From positions 15,686,001 through 15,750,000 of the forward strand of contig JBHGNT010000004.1 of NCBI GenBank assembly GCA_043228905.1: a stretch of DNA of 64,000 nucleotides, written 5' to 3'. Positions 39,123 through 50,200 of the stretch are shown here, piece by piece. The notes under the pieces were generated by a model that saw only the letters and a program-made list of their open reading frames with translations, searched no databases and was not told the DNA's origin. Source of the DNA: Azolla caroliniana (taxonomy: Eukaryota; Plantae; Polypodiophyta). How positions within the stretch are numbered: position 1 is the stretch's first letter; the number at the start of each line of letters is the position of its first letter. A program made the translations under genes and the position numbers.

Positions 39123-41244
39123 AAATCCTCTCGGGTTTCGGAACCGAGGGAATCGCGGTTACGTTCGTGGTTCGGCCTTACCGTCAGAAACTGGACCGAA
39201 TGGCGCCCGTCTTGGCTTTTGACCCTCGCGTAGGCCGAACCGTTGTCCAGCACCTTGGTCTCCATCCGCGCCGCCGTGATGTACGGCTCTCCCAGTATGA
39301 CCGGATGCGAAGACGTCTCCTGCACGAAGAAGTGCTGGTCAATCTCGACGTCGCCAATCTTGACTCGCACATTCGGACAGGCCCCGTGCAATTCCTCGGT
39401 GGCGCGCGTTGCTGCCCTTATTTTCCATCCGTGCTTGGTGTTGATCGGCCATTTGCCCTTCTTATAGAAGTCCATGGACATCAAATTGATCTCCGATCCG
39501 TGGTCCACCAAAGCTATCACCGGTTCCCGGACATCGCCGATCTTCACCGGGGTCTCCGTGGTCGCTCGGGCCCAGTGTGGTCTCGAATAGTGGCTTTCTG
39601 CCCACTCGTCTCCCAGCGCCATGTCGTCTAGGTGCGTCGTCCGTACTTCCACCGGTCTTTCCGGTTCTGTCTCCGTCGACAGCCTCTTCCGTTTCACCAA
39701 GTCCACGATGGAGTCGTGGAACTCCTTCTTGGCGATTCCCAACACCTCTCGTAACGACAGCTCCACCTTGCTGTCGAGGATCCGTTCCTCCAGGACCTTT
39801 CGTAAGTCCGTGGTCCTTTCTTCTCCGTCCCCAGACGGTACCCGCCCTTCTGGGGTTTATCTTGCGTGCCGGCCCCGCCGGCTTCGTCCCGTCGTGGCCC
39901 GGACCGGGTCTCGTATCGTTGTGAGGGCCCGGTCGTCCCGGGTTTCCCCACCCGCTTCTCTTCTACCAGAGCCTCGTAGTTCCGGCAAGCGGCTTCCACG
40001 AAGCCCGTCCTTTCCTCGACCGGGTCGCTCCACCCGGTTATCTCCCGTACCCGTTTCTCCGCGCGGTCCGATTCCTCCCCTTTAAGCCTTGCACCGGCAA
40101 GGCCTTCCAGCATCGTCGGCCAGAATCCGGCTTTGCTTTCCCTTCGGGCCTCGCCGCCCCCGACTCGAATGCCGGCCGACGCCGAGTAGTGGACGGTTTC
40201 CGCGTGTCGGGCCGCCGCCTCTTCCATCAACCTTTTCATACCGCCTCGCCCGTCGTTTCGGCTCAGGGCCCTTCGGGTGTCGCTGGCATGCACCCGTCCT
40301 TCCCACAGGTACACCACCCTGTTCCTCAGCGCCTCCGCGAAGTCGCCGCAGTCCTTCCGAATGTGGCCGACTTCATCGCACCACATGCACCTGTTTCCTG
40401 CCGCCGGCCGTCGGTCACGAGCCGGTTCGCCTCCTTCCCTTCGGGCCTGCGCGATTTGGAGGTCCTTTATCGCCTTCGTCAATTCCTCCAGCGCCGCTCC
40501 TCCGGTTGAGCCTCTGACTACGCCGGTCGAAGCCGAACCGGTTTCCAACCACTCCCGGGTCTCTTCCTTGCGCACCTGTGGCGCTGGTTCGAGCTTCCTT
40601 GCTGCGACCGAGCCCGACCCGGCTGCCCCGTTATCCGCCCATTCTCGCCGTTTGTCAAAACGGCCACAGACTTTCTTGACAGCCGCCCAGTCGGTAGTGA
40701 GCCCGTCTTCGGTTTCCAGCAAGAGGCCCACTTGCTCCCGATCCCGCTCGTCGACCGTCTTGACAAACAGCAAGACCCGGCTCGTGTCCAGGATGGTTCG
40801 GTCGAGCGCCGAAAGGCGCGCAAAGTTTTCCTCGAACTCCCGGAGGAGTGCCGACGCGTTTCTTCCCTTCCCCGGGGACTCCACCCATTCCATGAACCTT
40901 CGCTTCGAAAGCCGGAGCGCGTCGTCCAGCCCGTATTTCTCTAGGAGCCGACCTTCGAACTCCTCCCAGGTACGGCTCTCCGTCCGCACCTCGAGCACCT
41001 CCGCATGGATGCTCGGCATCGCCACTCGGGGAAATCCGGCAAGACGCCTTTCTTCCGGAATGTCCCGCATCAGCATCTCTGCACCGTAGGACGCCAAATA
41101 CTTCGTGGCATCCTTCCCATCGAACCGGCCGATCGTGCCGACGACCGCCTCAATAGCTCTGTCGAGGGCACCGGTGCCCTCGCGCGCGTTTACAATCCGA
41201 TCCACGGCCGAAGCCATGGCCTCTGCAAGATCCGACCCCCTCAT
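39119..41244 (-). CDS. Gag-aspartic protease ORF1 with an apparent 1-bp deletion near 39820
   Basis: Gag RFDGKDATKYL..., knuckle CMWCDEVGHIRKDC; frame change at YRLGTE/ERTTDLRKVLEE; protease ALVDHGSEINLM and VILGEPY. Confidence 0.8.
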
Positions 41245-41266
41245 CTTCTGCTCTTCTGCCGCCTCT

Positions 41267-41284
41267 TTCACGTCGGGTTCACCA
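41267..41284 (-). promoter_or_regulatory. Primer-binding site complementary to tRNA-Trp
   Basis: Plus strand TTCACGTCGGGTTCACCA equals the 3' 18 nt of plant cytosolic tRNA-Trp(CCA) as I recall it; lies 3 nt from the 5' LTR. Confidence 0.8.
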
Positions 41285-44200
41285 AGATGTCGAGATATTT
41301 CGCAAGTGCGTGTGGAATCGAGGCGGGACCGCGGGGGTCTCGAACCAAAGAGCAAGCGAGGGAGGAGAAAGAGAGAGAACCGGCTACGCAGGACCGGGGA
41401 TACACAGGGACACGGCCCTTCAGCACGGAGAACGCGAACAGACACCGACACAGACAGATGCGAATGACTAAATATGTATATTAACAAAATGGCTAACACG
41501 ACTACAACCCTCGATGGGGCACAGGTTGGTTACAACCGAACCGGCCGGCGAACAGATGCCGATGCCTGTTCGCCTCGACGCACAAACAGGGAGTTACGGG
41601 GGGGGGTTTGCAGGTCGGAGGTGCTGCCGGAAGCACTCGGGCGTTCCTCGAAACAGCGCGAGCCTCCTCGGAACCCTGCACAGAAAGCTATGGAGCTCAA
41701 GAAGGAAGGAAACAGAGAGAGAGAGAAGCGTCCAGAAACGGTCCGGCAGCACTTCGTCCTCTCCGCCCGAGATCCTTGCAACAGCTCTTTCCCGCTCCTT
41801 ATATAGGCCGACGAGCAGGCCGTCGTGTCAGCTTTATTCCCTGTCCCTTTTGGACAGGGATCCGCTCCGTTTTTCACGCATCCGCGTAGTTACGCCGCCG
41901 ACTCGTACAGTTCGCGCGCGCGACCGAAAAGACTGTTCGCGCGGTCTTTGTCTCCACTTGAGTTAGGGCCCGTTCCTGCCGATTATCCTCCTAATTCGCT
42001 TCTATGTTCAACTTGGAGCTTGCGCGCGTGAAGAACCGGTCCCCACGCCTAGGTGCGCCGATTCCGCCTATGGACGGTTTTCTTCACGACAACGTGACCA
42101 AGTCAAAATACGGATGTTGAAGAAGGCTCTAACCCGGACCTTCTCAATGAAAGACTTGGGTCCGGCAAGACAGATGCTAGGGATGCACATCATCCGTAAC
42201 CGGAAAGCGAAGCAATTATGGCTGTCACAGGAGAAGTATGTGACAAAGGTGCTTCACCGGTTCAACATGTTAGATGTAAAACCGGTCGGATCGACACTTC
42301 CGGCAAACTGCAAGCTATCCGGTAAGCAAAGCCCGAAGACGAAAGCAGAGAAGGCGGATATGATGAAGATCCCATATGCCTCTGCCGTCGGGAGCTTGAT
42401 GTACGCAATGGTTTGTACCCGATCGGACATTGGATACGCAGTCGGAGTGGTGAGCCGGTTTATGAGCAATCCCGGCAAGGAGCACTGGAACGCGGTCAAG
42501 TGGATACTCCGGTATTTGAAGGGCACTTCAAATATGTGTCTCCGATTCGGCTCCAGAAAACCTCAATTGGACGGTTTCACCAATTCGGACATGTCGGCTG
42601 ATGTGGATACCAGCCGGTCTACATCCGGGTATGCAATGACATATGCAGGGGGAGCTGTTTCATGGCAGTCGAGGCTGCAGAAGACGGTTGCATTGTCAAC
42701 CACGGAGGCGGAGTACATGGCAGCTGTGGAAGCCGGCAAGGAAATCTTATGGATGAAGGACTTCATCGGTGAGCTCGGTATACGGCAAGAGGAATACCGA
42801 CTCTATTGCGACAGTCAAAGTGCCATCCACCTTGCTAAGAATGTGGCCTACCATTCCCGGACGAAGCATATCCAGCGGAGGTATCACTGAATCCGGGAAA
42901 GAGTAGATGACCAGGAGTTCGCACTGACGAAGATCCACACGGCCGAGAACGGGTCAGATATGCTGACCAAAGTGCTGACACCCGACAAGCTGGATGCATG
43001 CCGGAAGAGAATCGGACTGGTAAGACAACCCATGCCGGAGTGAAGGGGGAGTTTGTTGGGAGACAGGTCCCTCCGGATAGAAAGGGAAAAGAACAGTGCC
43101 GACGAACAAACGGCCTCGGCCGAAACGGTATGATGAGTACCCGGCTACAGAGAGCCGGATCATATAGGCCCGGTATGAACCGGATGAGGAGTACCCGGCT
43201 ATGGAGAGCCGGATGGTGCAGGCCCGGTATGAACCGGATGAGGAGTACCCGGCTATGGAGAGCTGGATGGTGCAGGCCCGGTATGAACCAGATGGGGAGT
43301 ACCCGACTACGGAGAGCCGGATGGTGCAGGCCCGGTATGAACCGGAGGAAGAGACATATTCGTAAATATGTTTCTGAGAGCCCATCGAGGCTATATTTGT
43401 AAATAGCTGAAAAGTCATATTAGTATAAATATGACTTAGGGCAAACCTTTAGTAGTTGTTGTTGTCATTCTTCCTTGTTGGTGCAAGAAGAAGAGAGAGT
43501 GCGTAACTATATATAGAGAGAGAGAGAGACGAGGTCGTTGCCTCTGTTGTAACCACCGCCTGTGGCGAAGATTAGTGAGCACGAGGTCGGTGCCTCAGTG
43601 AACTCACTGTTTTCTGTACATTCATACATAGTGATAGTTTACAGCCTGTGGGCTGCCGTGGTTTTTCCCCTAGCTTGGGGTTTTCCACGTAAACCTCCTG
43701 TGTACCTCTTCTCTCCTTTTGTGTCGTGTGTTTTTCCGTTTCCTGTCTTTCTGTGTAAGTAAAGAATCTCGGTTGTGGCCGAGTGTTGGACATAAGGAAC
43801 GTTGGGTTTCCGACATCATAAAGACTTCTTCTTCAAGTTCTCCTTGAAGAAAGGCGTTCTTCACATCCATCTGGTGAAGATGCCACCCCCTTGCCGTAGC
43901 AACCGCCAGTATCACACGAACCGTCGTCATCTTCGCCACAGGAGCGAAGGTCTCGTCGTAGTCGATTCCGTGGGTCTGCGCGTATCCCTTCGCCACTAAC
44001 CGGGCTTTGTACCGGTTAACAGAACCGTCGGCGTTGTACTTTACCTTGTACACCCACTTGCATCCGATCGGTTTACAGTGATGGGGAGGATCAACTAGAT
44101 CCCAAGTTTTGTTGGCATTGAGTGCCCGCATTTCATCGTCCATGGCGGCACGCCAATTTGCGTCCTTTGCCGATTCTGCGTAGCTCTCCGGCTCACGCAG

Positions 44201-47200
44201 TTCGGTCACCTTAGTCATGTACGCATAATGATGCGTCATGTAATCATTGTACCTGTACCGCATGACGGGATCCTTCTGGCGGGTTGATTGGCGCAACGCA
44301 CCGTCACCTGATTTGCGGCCCTTCTTGGCCAGTTCGGTCTTCGTTGCCGAAGATCCGCCTTTCTCCTTTCCGGAGTCGAATACGCACCGATCCGATTCAT
44401 CGTTGCCGGTTTCGAATTCCGGCATCTTCCTCTTCCCCTTCTCTTTGCGCGTGAACAGTTTCCTCGGTTCCTTGCGCGGGAAGTGCACGGCAGAGTCTCC
44501 ACCACTTGTCGTCTCTTCATCCGACTGGTCCAACCGACTCAGTCGCTCGTTCGGTCCAGTCAACCGTAACGATTCCGGACTCTCATCTTGAGTCCCGGCT
44601 TCATCATCCTCTGCCAGACCTGATTTCGGCTCACTGGCCTGATCTTCCGGCATTGGGTCGGGATCAGAAGTCGGAGTCAGTACGGAGTACCAGGATGCCG
44701 ATTCATCGAACTCGACATCCCGGCTAATTCGGACTTCCTTCGTCCGGGGGTTAAAGCACTTATACCCCTTTGGCTCTTGAGCATAGCCGACTAGGATGCA
44801 TTTTTCCGACTTTGCATCCATCTTTCTCCTCTTCTGATCCAACACATGCACATACGCTATGCTTTCGAATATCTGAAGGTGTCTTAAGTTCGGCTTGCGC
44901 CCGAAATACAACTCATGAGCTGACACCTTGTCACCAATGCGGTTTTGTATGTAGACGACCGTCTGGACCGCCTCCGTCCAGTAGAACCGGGGCATGCTCT
45001 TCTCCTCCAGCATTGCCCTTGCCACTTCGACGAGTGTCTGGTTCCTCCTTTCGGCCACACCGTTTTGCTCCGGTGTGTATCTGCAGCTGAACTCTCGCCG
45101 AATTCCCTTCTGCTGCAGATAACTAGTGAATTGGCCGGAAAAATATTCCTTTCAGCCATACGACCGAAGGCACTTGATCTTCCTCTCCGATTCCTATTCC
45201 ACCATCTTTTGGAGGCTCCGGAAACAGTCGAAGACTTCGCTCTTCCGCTCAACAAGGTAGATCCAAGTATGTCGAGTATAGTCGTCGATGAAGGACACGA
45301 AGTATCGGTTCCCGCCAAGGCTTACACTTTGTGCCGGTCCCCACACATCCGAGTGGATGAGATCGAGCTTGTTACGGCTCCGGTGCCGTTCGGTGGGGAA
45401 TGGAAGCCGGTGTTGCTTCCCAAATTGGCTAGGCTTCACAAATTTCGGCTCTCCGGCCGCTGAACTTCGGCAAACCGAAACCGACTTGTTTCGTTTGCAG
45501 GTCTTGAAGCCTCCGGTAGTTGACGTGGCCTATTCGCTTGTGCCACAGGTCGATGTCCGACTCGACCTTCTGTCGTTTCGTGAACAGAGAAGTGCCAAAG
45601 TCATTGGTGTTGAGGATAAACATCCTCCTGTCTCTGCGCCCTTGCGCAATGACTTCGCCCTCATCGTCAATGAAGCACCCGAGGTGCATAAACCGCACCT
45701 GCATCCCCTGGTCGACAAGCTGACCGACGAACACCAGGTTCTTCGTGATTGTCGGAACATGTAATACGTTCATCAGCTTCCCTTTTTGTCCGACGTGGCT
45801 TAGAGGGACTTCTCCGACGTGCACGATTCGGTGAGGAGTGTCGTCTCCGGTTTCGACTACTCCTGGTTGATCCGGTTTCTCCAGAAAGGAGAACCACTCT
45901 TTGTGGCTCGTCATGTGGTTCGATGCGCCGGAATGAATATACCACACTTCGTCCGTTTTGGAAGTGGTCTTCTTCATTGAGTTTGCCTTGTGATTCATTG
46001 AGTTTGAGCTTGTTACGGCTCCGGTGCCGTTCGGTGGGGAATAGAAGCCGATGTTGCTTCCCAAGTTGGCAGCCTTCACAAATTTCGACTCTCCGGCCGC
46101 TGAACTTCGGCAAAACGAAAACGACTTGTTTCGTTTGCAGGTCTTGAAGCCTCCGGTAGTTGACGTGGCCTATCCGCTTGTGCCACAGGTCGATGTCCGA
46201 CTCGACCTTCTGTCGTTTCGTGAACAGAGTGGTGCCAAAGTCATTGGTGTTGGGGTCGTAGTGTCAACCTCTGTGGCAGTCCGTTCTTCCAACCGACTTC
46301 TCCTCGCGTCACTCCGCCTTGCTCGCACTCCTCGTCCAGTCCGGTCTCGTTTGCCGCGACCCCTTTGGTTCTGCGCGCCTCGACCCTCTCGATCGGCATG
46401 TCTACTCAATAGGCCCATCTCAGCACTCACGTTGCTATGAATCCGGCGCTTGCCGATCCGTCGGTTCTCCCACGATGGCATCGACTTCCGCTATGTCCGT
46501 GTCCCCTTGGTCTTCAGTCGATCCGACTCATCCGGATCAATTTGTTGATCCGAGTCAGCTGTCTCCGACTCGTTCCAGCTCTTGTTCGAATCGGTACACT
46601 CCGATTCGATTTCCGGCTTCAGGTCTCTCACCACATCGGACCACTTCCGAGTCCTGGCCTTCTCCATGCTTCCCTCGGCTTCTTCAGCCCGTGTACCGAA
46701 ATCGAATTCTTCATTCGACTCCGCATCATGGTCAGTACCGTCGTGATGACATCCACATAGCATGCACTTCTCTTCCTGAGTGCACAACTCTTCTTCACAG
46801 CCGCTTGCTCCGACCTGTTTGGATGTGTCGACTTCCTTCGTCGACTCGGCTTACTTCAGCTTCTTGTCTCCTCTTCTTCCGGCTCTCCTCTTACCGACGG
46901 GTTCAACAGTTTTTTGGCCTTTGCCCATTTCGGTAGAGACTTTACCCCTGCTTCTCCCCCTCAAGGGCGGCACGTCGAGATGCTGAATACCAAGCATGTC
47001 GGTAAAGTGCTGCAACTTGTCCGATCCGAGAGGCTTGGTGAAGATGTCGACAACTTGCCGATCCGTATGAACATACCGTAGGTCAACTTCACCGCTCAGG
47101 ACCCGCTCACGCAGGAAGTGGTAGTGCACCTCGATGTGCTTTGTGCGAGCATGGAACACAGGGTTCTTGGCGAGCTGCAGGCTGCTCATGTTATCGCAGT

Positions 47201-50200
47201 AAATCGGGATCGGGGTCAGTACCTCGATCTGCAAGTCTCAGAGCAGTCGCCGAAGCCAGATGGCTTCACAAGTGGCAATGGTAGCGGCCCGGTACTCAGC
47301 CTCAGTGCTTGACAAAGCCACTGTGGGCTGCTTCTTGCTGCTCCACGCAACGGCCGCGCTACCTATGGAGAACATGTATCCGGAAGTGGAGCGGCGATCA
47401 GACGCATCGCCGGCCCAGTCAGCATCTATGTAACCGACAAGCTCTTCGGGTATACCTCGCCGGTATAGGACTCCCCGGTGCTTAGTGCCGCTGACATACC
47501 GTAATATTCGTTGCGTGCACTAAAGGTGCTCCACGGTCGGCTTCTCCATGAACTGACTTACAATGCCGACCGGATAGCTGATTTCGGGTCGGGTGATGGT
47601 TAAGTAGATCAGGCTTTCGACAACCTGTCGGAACCGTTTCTCATTGCAGGCCGGTCCGGAGGTGGGACGGAGCTTCTGGTTCCGGTCAAAGGGGTGTGGA
47701 GACAGGTCGGCAATCCGTCATGCCGAACTTATACAGCATATTCAACACGTAATGTCGTTGTGAGAGCAATATGCCGTCAGGGGTTCGGATCACTTGATCC
47801 CAAGAAAATAATGAAGGTCCCCCAGGTCCTTCATTTCGAATGCGTCCGACAACTGTGACTTGACGCGGTTGATTTCGGGAAGACCCGGTCCGGTGATGAC
47901 TAAATCATCCACATACAAGAGTATACATACCGGCCCGTCAGAGCCTTGCCGGATGAACAACGAAGAGTCCAACTTAGAGACAGCAAACCCCAGCTTACGC
48001 AATCGGTGCTTGATCTTCGTGTTCCAAGCTCGGGGGGCTTGCTTCAAGCCGTAAAGCGACTTCTTCAGTCGGCATACCGCCGACTTGTTCATCTCCGATT
48101 GAAATCCGGGCGGCTGAGTCATAAAGACTTCTTCTTCAAGCTCTCCTTGAAGGAAGGCATTCTTCACATCCATTTGGTGAAGATGCCACCCCCTTGCCGC
48201 AGCAACCGCCAGTACCACACGAACCATCATCATCTTCGCCATAGGAGCGAAGGTCTCGTCGTAGTCGATTCTGTGGGTCTGCGCGTATCCCTTCGCCACT
48301 AACAGGGCTTTGTACCGGTTAACAGAACCGTCGGCGTTGTACTTGACCTTGTACACCCACTTGCATCCGATCGGTTTACAGTGACGGGGAGGATCAACTA
48401 GGTGCCAAGCTTCATTGGCATCGAGTGCCCGCATTTCTTCGTCCATAGCGGCACGCCAATTGGCATTCTTTGCCGCTTCTGCGTAGCGCTCCGGCTCACA
48501 CACTTCTGTCACCTTAGTCATGTACACATAATGATGCGCCATGTATTCATTGTACCCGTACCGCATGACGGGATCCTTTTGGCGGGTTGATCAGCACAAC
48601 GCACCGTCACCTGATTTGCGGCCCTTCTTGGCCAGTTCGGTCTTCGTTGCCGAAGATCCGCCTTTCTCCTTTCCGGAGTCGGATACGCACCAATCCGACT
48701 CATCGTTGCCGGTTTCGAATTCCGGCATCTTCCTCTTCCCCTTCTCTTTGCGCGTGAACTATTTCCTTGGTTCCTTGCATGGGAAGAGCACGACAGAGTC
48801 TCCACCACTTGCCGTCTCTTCATCTGACTGGTCCAACCGACTCAGTCGCTCGTTCGGTCCAGTCAACCGTAGCGATTCCGGACTCTCATCTTGAGTCCCG
48901 GCTTCATCATCCTCTTCCAGGACTGATTCCGGCTCACTGGCCTGATCTTCCGGCATTGGGTCGGGATCGGAAGTCGGAGTCGGTACGGAGTACCAGGATG
49001 CCGATTCATCGAACTCAACATCCCGGCTAACTCGGACTTCCTTCGTCCGGGGGTTATAGCACTTATACCCCTTTTGCTCTTGAGCATAGCCGACTAGGAT
49101 GCATTTTTCCGACTTTGCATCCAGCTTTCTACGCTTTTGATACGGCACATGCACATACGCTATGCTTTCGAATATCCTAAGGTGTCTTAAGTTCGGCTTG
49201 CGCCCGAAATACAGCTCATGAGCTGACACCTTGTCACCAATGCGGTTTTGTATGTAGACGGCCGTCTGGACCGCCTCCGTCCAGTAGAACCGGGGCATGC
49301 TCTTCTCCTCCAGCATTGCCCTTGCCACTTCGACGAGTGTCTGGTTCTTCCTTTCGGCCACACCGTTTTGCTCCGGTGTGTATCTGCAGCTGAACTCTTG
49401 CCGAATTCCCTTCTGCTGCAGATAACTAGTGAATTGGCCGGAAAAATATTCCTTTCAGCCATACGACCGAAGGCACTTGATCTTCCTCTCCGATTCCTAT
49501 TCCACCATCTTTTGGAGGCTCCGGAAACAGTCGAAGACTTCGCTCTTCCGCTCAAAAAGGTAGATCCAAGTATGTCGAGTATAGTCGTCGATGAAGGACA
49601 CGAAGTATCGGTTCCCGCCAAGGCTTACACTTTGTGCCGGTCCCCACACATCCGAGTGGATGAGATCGAGCTTGTTACGGCTCCGGTGCCGTTCAGTGGG
49701 GAATGGAAGCCGGTGTTGCTTCCCAAATTGGCTAGGCTTCACAAATTTCGGCTCTCCGGCCGCTGAACTTCGGCAAACCGAAAATGACTTGTTTCGTTTG
49801 CAGGTCTTGAAGCCTCCAGTAGTTGACGTGGCCTATTCGCTTGTGCCACAGGTCGATGTCCGACTCGATCTTCTATCGTTTCGTGAACAGAGCGGTGCCA
49901 AAGTCATTGGTGTTGAGGATAAACATCCTCCTGTCTCTGCGCCTTTGCGCAATGACTTCGTCCTCATCGTCAATGAAGCACCCGAGGTGCGTAAACCGCA
50001 CCTGCATCCCCTGGTCGACAATCTGACCGACGAACACCAGGTTCTTCGTGATTGTCGGAACGTGTAATACGTTCATCAGCTTCCCTTTCTGTCCGACGTG
50101 GCTTAGAGGGACTTCTCCGACGTGCACGATTCGGTGAGGAGTGTCATCTCCGGTTTCGACTACTCCTGGTTGATCCGGTTTCTCCAGAAAGGAGAACCAC

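Larger units (their letters stand above)
34765..42091 (-). mobile_element. Very young non-chromoviral Ty3/gypsy LTR retrotransposon; 804-bp LTRs 34765-35568 and 41288-42091
   Basis: TGTCG..CGACA ends; 4-bp TSD ACGT (34761-34764, 42092-42095); host RT rejoins as LIVGR|DQVKIRM; the ORFs lying within the two LTRs translate identically; PPT GGTGGGGGCGGA (minus strand) beside 35568. Confidence 0.95.
30807..43815 (+). mobile_element. Tork/Tnt1-like Ty1/Copia ('Copia B'); LTRs 30807-31620 and 43054-43815
   Basis: TSD TCATA (30802-30806, 43816-43820); PBS TGGTATCAGAGC at 31623; PPT GAAGGGGGAG at 43042; gag-pol from 31651 with CFYCSKPGHFQKNC, WVVDSGASFH, LWHKRLCH, ADNGGEY, LYVDDMLI, STTEAEY; several in-frame stops. 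The lineage call is from motif resemblance. Confidence 0.93.

Noticed and set aside
34764-42031. Many overlapping antisense and LTR ORFs of 60-270 aa
   Set aside because: Shadows of GC-rich retroelement sequence with no recognisable motifs; the 601-aa ORF start inside the LTR is upstream read-through of gag
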